DNA of 64,000 bases, taken from contig CAYSKO010000005.1 of assembly GCA_964431835.1 (NCBI GenBank), positions 52,167-116,166 on the forward strand, given 5' to 3'. Every line of letters begins with the position of its first letter. The stretch's first letter is position 1. Positions 1 through 9,800 of the stretch are shown piece by piece. Made by a program: the position numbers and the translations under genes. The notes beneath the pieces were generated by a model, which worked only from the letters and a program-made list of their open reading frames with translations, was not told where the DNA came from and did not search any database. The stretch is from an uncultured Planctomycetia bacterium. Its GTDB lineage: Bacteria > Omnitrophota > Gorgyraeia > 2-02-FULL-51-18.

Positions 1-893
1 GTACCGAGAAGGCCGGAAATCTCGCGGCCAGCGCGCAGGATGTGTCCCGGGGAGAACCAGCCCTCGGCGAACACGTATTTGTCGTAAACGAGTGTGACGC
101 GCTCGAGGGCCGGCATGGAAAGAACGCTCGTGCGGTACCCGAGGACGGTCAGGCTTTCGAGGCCGGCCTCGTGCAGGCGGCGCTCCAGGAGGTTGAACGC
201 CTGGGTGTCGGGCTCGACGACGTGGAGCGTCTTGACGCGCGGGTTGGCTTTCGCGAAACCCACGATGTCTTCGGCGTTGTCGTAGGGGCCGATGAAAAGA
301 ACTTCGTCTTCCGGCCCGTACCCGTCGGGCCGGATCCCCGCTTTTCGCAAGTAGCGGTTCAGATTCTCGAAATCGAAAGCGTACATCCGGTGTGTCATCG
401 TGAGTGCGTTTCCGGAAGCGCCCGCCGCATACCGTTTATTCGTGCGCGCGATCCGGCCGTCCGTGTCCCACTTCTTGATCAGAACGGCGGGCTGGGAAGG
501 AAAACGCACGACGATCGTCCGGATCCAGCCGGAATCGAGCGTGTGTCTTTGCCGGCGGTCGGGGAAGCCCCCCATCAAGTGGAAGCGGCGAAAGAGGGCT
601 TCTTCGCTCCAATACCAATCGTCTCCGCTCGCTTCGGAGCGTGTGACGCCGAGCACGAGCCCACGGCCGTCGTTTTCGATCGACACGCGGACTTCCCCTT
701 GTGATTCCCGGAGCGAGCGCTCGACAAGAATTCCGAGCGCGCGGCGGAAACGTCCGGGGTGGACGCCGTTCGCCGCGAGGTTTATGGGCGCAAGGAGATC
801 GATTTGGACGCGAGCGGCCTGTCCCGGCGGCAGGGTCGCCAGCGCCTGCTGGATGAGCACGATCCCGTCGCTTTGGCTGCCGTCGTTCGCCAT
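1..893 (-). other. Module 8 (partial): degenerate HATPase_c-like segment followed by a SAM-methyltransferase-like domain
   Basis: HPGRFRRALGILVERSL..GEVRVSI..FHLMGG..TIVVRFP resembles GHKL topology without the N/G boxes. It is followed by EVLFIGPYD..PRVKTLHVVEPD..VTLVYDKYVF. Confidence 0.45.
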
Positions 894-3800
894 GCGCGCA
901 CCCGACGGCGCCGCGGATTTCGACCCGAACGCGGTGACGAGCGTTGGGAGAACGCCGGTGACGATCCGCAGATCGCCGCCGACGCGAGAGGATAAGCGGC
1001 CGACCAGCGAACGGCCGATCGTCTCGGAAGACCACGGCGACACTGCGCTCTCGTCCATCACGCGGAGAATCTCCTTCATGAGCACCCACTGCCGGGCGCG
1101 CCAGTATTTATCGAGCGTCGCATTCTCCACGCTTTCGAGATAAGCTTCGTGCGACGTCGTTTCCTCCTCCCGGGGCGGCAAAGGGAAATCGAAATCCGGG
1201 TCGTCGACGACGTTCTTGCTCCAGAGAGCGAGCCAATCGGAGAGAATTCTCCGCACGAGCGGCGACTTCCGGCCGTCGGGAAGCGCTTGCGCGAGATAAA
1301 GCAGCGTCCGCATGTTAGCGATGCTGACGTTCAGCTCCGTCCCCTCCGGATAAAGCCGCGCGACGAGCTCGTGGAACCGCGACGCGATCCCCGCGCCTTG
1401 GTGGGGCGGGAAGGTCGTGTAAGAAGGTTCGACGACAAGCCCCCCTTCTTTCATCGAATGGCGAAGGGCGAGCGTGGCCGCGAGCTGATCGCCGGACGAG
1501 CGGAACCAACCGGATTTCCGGTAGACACGGAACCGGGCGTAATGCGGCGCTCCGACGACCGGGTCTGAACGGAGATAGTAGCCGGGGCCGAAAGCGATGC
1601 CGTCCAACGCCTCGCCGACGGGGCGCGCGATATCGAGGGCCGGCGAGTCCGAATCGAGCAGCCGTTCGATGCGCCCCCGGGTGGCAGAGACACCGGTGCG
1701 GTAGAAGAGCCAAGCATTGTAAGTGCGCCGGAGGAATCGCGTGAAAGCCGGGCGGGCGCTCCCTTCCGCGGCCACCCGCGCGCCGGAGGCCCGGACGGGG
1801 TCGGCGGAAGGCGTCCCCTCAGGCGAAGGCGGAAGGTAAATGGTGCGGTAGCGTGCGGGGAGCGGACGGGTCGCGCCCTCGTCGTCAGTGGACGTTTCGA
1901 TCCGCGCCACGGAACGCAGCCGTTCGAGTGCCGGAAATTTTGAGCGCGGATAACGGTTCGTCACGTGAAGCCGCATCGAGTCGGCGAAGCTCGCCGGATC
2001 CAGGGCGTGCTCGTATTCGGGAAGCGCATTCCGGTTGTTCAGCCGGTATAAAAGGGTCGTGATCCCCGTCGAAGGCCCGCTCGACCAACCTTCGATGACG
2101 ACGCCTTCGAGCCCCGTTTGGATAAACAGCTCGCCTCCGCGGCGGAGTTTCTCGTTCTTGATCTGCGCGACGAGCTCGAGTTTATTCTGAACGTAGGGCA
2201 GAACCGAAGTTCCGATCAGGATCACGTCGGCTCTCCCCTTAAAGGGTACACCGAGGTCGAGATCGGCGATCGTCTGGTTCTTTTCGAACCACGCGCGGAA
2301 TTCCGGAGACAACCAGCGTTCGGCCTTGCGGCGGACGTCCGAGGGAAGGGACGCGAGGTATTTTTCACGGTCGATCGAGAGACGTTCCTTGTTCACGAAC
2401 CGCAGTTTCACCCGCGGGCCGTAACGTTCCCGGAGTTCCGCCGCCGACGCCCCGAGGCCGGCGCCGAGGATCCAGACGTCGATTTGCTTGCGGGTTTCGA
2501 GCCGCCTCTGAACTGACCTCTCGACCGCGCCTTGAGTCACGTCGTCCTCCTGGGTGAAATCGCGCGCGACGTTCTGTGTTCCGACGTAAGGATTTCCTTC
2601 GGCCATGCGCGCTCCCGCCGGCCGTTCGAGCACCATCATTTTCCCGCTGACGCGGGTGGGGAGGCCGGTGACGCGCGTCAATTCCTCGGCCGCGGTGCGG
2701 CGGAATTCGTCCTGGGCCTCCGAAAAGAGCTCGCGTAGGCGCCCCAGGGAGTTTTCGACTTCGACGCGAGACGCGTGCGCCGGATCGTCCGGGGAAAGAT
2801 TCAGCGTCTCGAAAACGCTGCCGAAAAATTGAGTGTAGGCGAGCCCCATCCCCAGCGCGGATTCGCCGTCGCGTATTTCGCGGGCCCATCTCAAAAGGCC
2901 CGGGGGCAAGGAACGGTACAAACCGCCGGCCGTCAGATCCTCCTCGAGTTTCTTTAAGGCGGCGGAATTCAAGAGCGCCGTGGCTTCGGCGTACATCGCC
3001 TCGTAAAGTGCCCCGCTCCGCGTGTTTTGATGGACGATCTGCTCCGCCTGGCGAAGGGCCCGGTTCACCGCCTGCCGCGAGACGAGGTCGTTCACCGCCT
3101 CACCCTTCCAGAGTCCGCCTCCGCGATCCATCCAGGTGACTTCCCCGCCCTCGAACGCCGTGCTGAAGACATAAGCTTCGGGGACGAGACGATCCCCTCG
3201 CTTGCGGAACACCGCGAGTTTTTCCATGTCGGCGCCGCCGGACAACGGCGAGAAACCAGCGACGAGCGCGCCGCCCTCGCGCAAAGCCGCCGCCAGCGCC
3301 TCCCGGTTTTCGGGACCCGGAACGTTGAAGACCCGGACGAGATCCGCCGGAGGAAGCGCCGCCGTACGGTAATCGGCTCGAATGAACGAAACGCCGTTCC
3401 TAGAGAACAGGTTCCACGGGGAGGCGACGACGGGCCAGCGAGAATGAACGGAAGTGGGCAGCCAGCGCCCGAGGAAACGCGTTAAGATCTCGGAAAAGCG
3501 ACCGCGCGCGGTGCCGCGAACCCGTGCGGCGTACACCGACGCCTCGGTGAGGGTCCGCGGGACGACGTCTCCGGCGAGAATCACTCCGGAGGACGTGTCG
3601 AGCGCCACGATGTTCCCGGCGGCGTCGAAGAGGATCGCCTCGACCGTCACCGTGAACGACAGCGGGCCCACGTCCTGGTTCGCCAAGAGACCGCTTCTTT
3701 TGGCGCTCACGACAACGGCAGGCCGCACGATATCGACGCCTTTTACCGTGAAGGCGCCGCGCGGCACGATTTCCGAAATCTTCTTCGCCATCTCGAGTGT

Positions 3801-6800
3801 AGTGACGGGCGGATAACCGACGCCGATGTCGTAGATTTGGAGTTTACGGCGTTCGGCGCGGGCGCGGGCGGCGAGAGCCGGCACGATCTCCGAAGCCAGG
3901 AAGTCATCGACGCGCCGCAGACGGCCCGCGAACGTCGTGAAGTTGGAGGAGCCCGCAGGACCAGCCTGCGCGGTCTCCAGTTTCTCGAGGACGATCCCGT
4001 AAGCCGCCGGCTTGTCGCCGTTCGGAAGGACCTCCGCCGAAACCACGCGGAAACCGCGGGAGGCAAAATAGCCGGAAGCTTCGTCGGCCGAAGCGAAGAC
4101 GTTTTCGAGCATCGCCGAGAAGATCGCCGCGTCAAGCCGGGATTTTTTGCGTTCCGTCTCAATGCGCCCGAGCGCGCGCGCCGGATCCGCCGGAAGCGGG
4201 CCGCGGCGTCTTTCCAGAAGCTCCGCGTTCGCCGCGGCGAAATCGCCGCGCTCGACGTGCGCCTTCAGAAGGTCGCAGAAATCCTCGGCGGCCTGGAGAG
4301 CGCCGGCCGCTAGAGTCGCTTCCGCCGTGTAATCGGAATCCGGGTGGTGCAGTGCGAGAACGGCCCGGCCGCCCGGCTTGAGAGCCCGCAGGAGTTCGGC
4401 GGCGGCGGCGTCGCGATCGGCATAATCGTAACTGAAACTGTAGAGGGCTGCGTCGAGCTCCCCGTCCACGAAGCCTGTGCTTTCGGCGGATCCGCGCCGG
4501 AAGTCGATGCGCGAAGGCGGCTCGCCTTCCCTGTCCATTTCGAAGATGTCGACGGCTGTGATGCTCGCGCCGGGGAAACGGCTGGTCATCACGCGGGACA
4601 AGAAAAGATCGGCGCCCGCGCCGATGTCGCCGAGCTTTCGTCCTTCACCGGTGCCCCAGTACGCGCGCAGGCCGTTTTCGATGAAAAGTTCGACGGCCGG
4701 CGGGTAGGTGTCGAACGATCCTTGGCGGTTTTGGCGCAAGTTCTTCTCCCACACATCCACCCAGCGATCCTCAATGTCGTCACTCGAAGCCTCGAACGCC
4801 ATCCGCACACCCGACGCCGGCAGACGCCAGAGCTCCGCGCTCTCCCCGTTTAAGAGGACGGTGACGGGCTCCCAGCCCTTCTTACGGAACGCGAACTCGT
4901 AGTTTTCCCACAGGTTCACGCGGGGGATCTTCGGGTAACGCTTCGCGATGCGCCCGGAGTTCGACGCGTAAAACGATTCGATTCCCGCGGCCCGGAGTTC
5001 CCGGACCATCTCAGCGATCGCGTTTTCGATCCAGGGCCGGAAGACATTGCGGACGGACGTCGGACGCAAGAGACGGTACCCTAGAGAGGGGTGCATTTCG
5101 TCGAAGATCGCGGAGGACCGGCCGTCGATCGTTTCGAATTTCACCTGGATCTGCCCGAACGACCCTCTCGGGCCGATGTCTTCCTGCGAGGATCGTGCGT
5201 CGAGGGCCGCGAGTCCGGTGTAGGCCTTCCGCGTCGCGGCGTCCGGCGTCACGACGTAAACGTCGAACGCGCGGTCGTACTCGATCGTCGCGCCCACGAC
5301 GCCGCCTTTTCCGCTCCATTTGATGGGTTGTGGGGTAGAGAATATTCCCCGCAGACGCTCGGCCGGGGCCTGCCCTCCATACACCATGCGGGCGCCGCTG
5401 GCGGAGGCGACGGCCTTGCGCTCGAGGGCGTGACCCACGTACAGCGGCCGGGCTTCCGCGCGGCCGGCGATTTCGGCCAGCTCGGCGTCCGAGACCGTCC
5501 TCAGATTGGCGTTATTGAACATGGCCTGCTCTTGTCCGGAAAGCGTTTTTTCGAAAAGCGTCCGCGTCGCGGCGTTCATGTGGAAGAGGCTGTCGGAAAG
5601 GTACGCGTTGGGCGCGGCGTCCGGCGGCGCGATGAATCCGTAATCGCGCAAAAGAAGGTCCATCGCGATCAGGTTCCGCATGTCGGGGTGGGTCCGCGTC
5701 ACTTCGGGGTATTCCTCGAAGTAGCGGTTTAAAAGCGCTCGAAAAAGGCCGGCTCCGCGCAGCTGGGTTCCGTCTTCCAGAGCGAACCGGATGAGGAAAC
5801 CGCGCAAGCCGTAAACCGAGTCGCCCGCCGCGTCCGTCATCCCGTCCGAGGCGTACACGGACATCACCGGTTGCAGGCCGTCCGCGTGTTTCGAGACGTT
5901 ATCCCAGACGTCGACGCGCAGCTGGCGCCCGGTCCGGGTCGTGAGCAGCGCGAGCTCTCGCCCGGGCAGTGCTTCCAGGAGGAAAGGCTTCCATCCCTCC
6001 GCCGACTGACCGAGCGCCATCCGCGCGCCGGTCGCTTGAAGAGCCGCGGGGATCGAACGGTCGGTCGAAATGAAGCGATAGAGAGAGAACTTCTCGAACG
6101 GAGGCAGCGCCGCGTCGTTCTTGTAAAGGCCGAGCAGCGTCTTGAGCGCTTGGGCGGAACGGTCCAGGCGGTACGCGCTCGCTAATTTCCAGTAAACGAG
6201 CCAGCGAGGATTGGTTTTTTCGATGAGTCCGACGAGCGGTTCGAATTCGGAGGGATAAGCCGGCGCCACGATCCCGGCCGCGATTTTTTCCGCCTCGGCC
6301 CATTCGACCGACGGAAGGGAGTCCATCACCCCTTCGGGAGCGCTGTCCAGCCTGCGCCCGGCTCTCCCCTTCTCCGAAAGAAGGATGTCCGTGTATTCCA
6401 ATTCCGTTGGCGCGAAGGTTTCCGTCGGCGCGCTCGAATCGTAGGCGTTGAGTCCCGCCAAAAGCGATTTCATGAGTTCCATCGCGAAGGTTTGATCGAT
6501 GAATTCCGGGCTCGTGACGATCGAAACGATTTTCCCCCGCGCGACGATCGGAACGAGCTGCCGCATCGCACGTTGGACGGCCGCGTCGCGGGCCCATCGG
6601 TCGGCTCTCGGCTCGTCGATGCCGGCGTCCCGATGGCTCTTACGGATCCTCTCGTACAACCCCATGAAGAAGTCGAGATCCACGTCGACGATGTCGATGG
6701 AGGGGGCGGAGAGAACGTCCTCGAGCGGTTTTTTCTCGAGACCGTAATGGAAATGAAAAGGGCTGTCGTCGGGCCGGGCATCCGCATCCCAAATCAGCCG

Positions 6801-9800
6801 CTGCGGAAGGACCTGGTCGTCGATCTCCGCCAAATGGAACCACGCCTCGGCGTCGATCAGGCCGGCGGCGACCAACGGCGCGATGAAGTCGTCGATTTCA
6901 TAACCCCGGATCGCTTCGGCGAGTTGGGCCGGATCTTCGACGTCGACCGGCGGGAGAAAGTCGAGATCGACCGGCTTCGCGAAAGCTCGTTTGGAGACCA
7001 GGTCGTCCGGATGCCGGTCCACGTGCAGAAGCGTCGAGTTGTTCCCGATGAGTCCCGTCCGCCTGGCTTCCAACCAAAACGGCAGCGCTTTGTGATGGTG
7101 GTCGCTTAGAAAAATCTGGCGGCCCGCCGACGTCGTGATCTTGAAGCTACGCTTGCCGAAAAGAGCGGAGTCCGTCGCGGCCGTCACTTCCGCGGGAACC
7201 TGAAACGTGCCGAACGGTTCCGCGCCGGCGGCCATCCTCGCACCTCGCTCCCCGCTCACCTCCAGCGCTTCCAGAGCGTCGAAAAGTTCGGAGCGCTTTC
7301 CGTCGAGTTCTTTCAGATCGACGCGCACGAGGCGCGCCACGAGCTTGCCGAGTTCCCGCTCGCCCGCGAAAAAAGAAAGCCGCGCGGTCGCACGGTCCAC
7401 GATACGCTGGTTCGGCGCGTAAAAAAGAGATTTGAACGTTTCGCGGCGCGTCGCGAGCGGTTGGTCCCACGCACGCATCGCATCGGGAGAACCGGCGGCC
7501 GCCGCGAGCGCCCGCTCGAGAGTGGGCCCGAGCTCCACGAGGCTCATCTGGGCGATCGAGACGCCGAGCGCGAAGAGATCCGCGTCGTAAGGGTTAAGCG
7601 GCACCTCTTCGGCGAAGGAGAGAACGGCGCTCGTGGGCATGTAGCCCGGCGTACCGCTGATCCCGTAAACCGATTCCACCCCGAGCTTCGCGCGGCTCAG
7701 CCCGTCCCCTTCGAGCAGGGACACGCCGAAATCGTGCAAAACCGGAGGCCGCGCGTCGATCTCGGCCGGCGTCGGCGCGCGCGGTCCGAAATACGAGGGA
7801 GGAAACCAGAAATTGGAGGGCTTCACGTCGCGGTGGGCCACGCCCCGGGAATGCACGTGGCGGAGCGTGCGCGCGAGCGTCTTAAAAAGATGAACGCGCG
7901 ATTCCGCAGGCCACTGCGCGATGAGACGCGACGCCTCCTCCGCATCGATGGCCTGCCGGGCAAGCGATTCGATCTCCTCCCGGGTACCGAAAGGCTCCAA
8001 AAGAAGCGCGACCGGGGTTGTGCGCGCCCGCAGGGCTGCCGCGAGATCCCGCAGGGCGGCTCGTATCTCCGGCTCGCCGCTCTTGGAAGACAGAAGATCG
8101 TAAACCGAAACGAGCTTCGCCGAAATTTCGCTGAAATCTTCCTGCGCACCGGCCGCTCGGGGCAGATCGCGGCGCGCACCTCCGGGATTCACCGCGTTTA
8201 AGATCGCAGCTTGCGCGACGATTCCGCGCAGGATATGGAGGGGTGGAAAAATTTCTCGAAGTGGCCGGGTTTCGAGCGTCGCGACGTCGGCCTCGTCCAG
8301 AGTGACGCGTCCGACCGAATCCACGGCGTACCATCCTTTCGGCAGGAGAGCAACGGAATCCCCGGCCCAGTACGCGCTCGCGAAGCCGCCGCTCCCAATG
8401 ACGCTCCCCACCAGGAAGTCCGCCATCCGCGCGGCGGATACCACGGGAATCTCGGCGGAGTCCGCGTCGCGCGTTTTCGTCGCGTAGCCGAGAGCGGCGA
8501 GGGCCGCTTTGGATTCGATCGCTGTCGCTCGTCCCGGGAAGCGCGTCGTCTCGACTTGCTTGGCCTGGTCGATCAGCTGGTAAATCCAGTCGAATTCGGC
8601 GGCGGGAAGCTTGCGGGCCGTCTCGAAAGTGCCGCGCGGAAGCATCGAGCCGGCGGCGGCGGGCTTTTTCCGGAGCGGCGCCAGAAGCAGCTCCTCGTAT
8701 TTCGCCTGGTTCGTTTCCGTGGAAACCGCCGGAGTGAGGACCGCGTACGAAAAACCGTCTTCGCGGAGAAGTTTTTTGAGGTGCGGCGTGTGGTAGCCGC
8801 CGGTGATCAGAATCGCGACGCTTTCCTTCTCCGCGGCGAGCGCCTTCGACGTATTCCGAACGAACGCAAAATCGCGTTCCCGCACCGAATCGTAAAAGGC
8901 TTCGAGCGGCGTCTTCGCCTTCTCGAGCGCGTCGCGGTACGGCACGAGATCCTCGAACGCGCCCGCTTCCGCGAGAAGACGGTTCACAAAAGCAAGGTAG
9001 GACGCGGTCGCGAAATCGGTCTCGTTCGCGCGGAACGCTTCGAACTCCTCCGCGCTCATGCGGATGCGAAACGCCGTGTCGAGAAGCGCGACGTAGCGGT
9101 CGATCGCGCGGAGTTTCCGCGGCGCGTCGCCGGCGAGAAGTTTCGCGTAGCAGGCCTCGCGCGCCGCCGCCGCGTCCTTCAGCACCGCGTCGAGATCGAT
9201 TTCAGAGAATGCGCGGAGATAATCCACGTATTTCGAGAGCGCCGGATAATCCTCGAGACGGATTCCCTTCTCTCGCGCGATAACAAAAGTGTTTCGGAAG
9301 TGAGGATAACGCGAGAGCGCGGCGCCCTTGGCGTTCCCCATCCGTTCGAGCGAAGCCCGGAGTTCCGAACCCCCGCCGCGGCGCGCGATTTCTTCCGCGA
9401 GAGCCCCCTGCTCGAGATTGGCACGCTCGAAGTCGATCTCCTTTTCCGTCGCTTCGAGCGCGCCTAGGCGAGCGAGCGACGGATACCCAGAGGCATCGAT
9501 ACCGGCGTACGCCAGAAGTTCCAACGCCGCCCTAAAATCGGCTTCCCCTCCGGCCGCGGCCGCGCGAGCCTCGAACGCCAGAAGTTCCCGCGGATAGAGA
9601 CGGCGCTTCATTTTCTCAATGGCCGTGCGCACGCGCGATAGGTATTCGAGCGCGTCCGTGCGGACCGCCGCGAGGTCCGCGTAGCTCGAGACGCTCTTGA
9701 AATAGAGAGCTTTGTCCTCGACGCCGACGATCTTCATCGGCTTATCCGAGATGAGATTGAGGTATTCCTCGCCGGAGATTTTTCCCTCGACGAGGAAACT

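Larger units (their letters stand above)
888..8435 (-). repeat. Eight dispersed copies of the peptide linker motif [GA][AV]R[MV][AV]
   Basis: AARMA 8421-8435, GARMA 7230-7244, GARMA 6015-6029, GARMV 5382-5396, GVRMA 4797-4811, GARMA 2601-2615, GARVA 1770-1784, GARMA 888-902. Codons vary synonymously between copies. Confidence 0.9.

Noticed and set aside
8166-8180. GARRD inside the kinase N-lobe as a ninth linker
   Set aside because: It lacks the hydrophobic M/V and small residue after Arg, and it lies within a domain.
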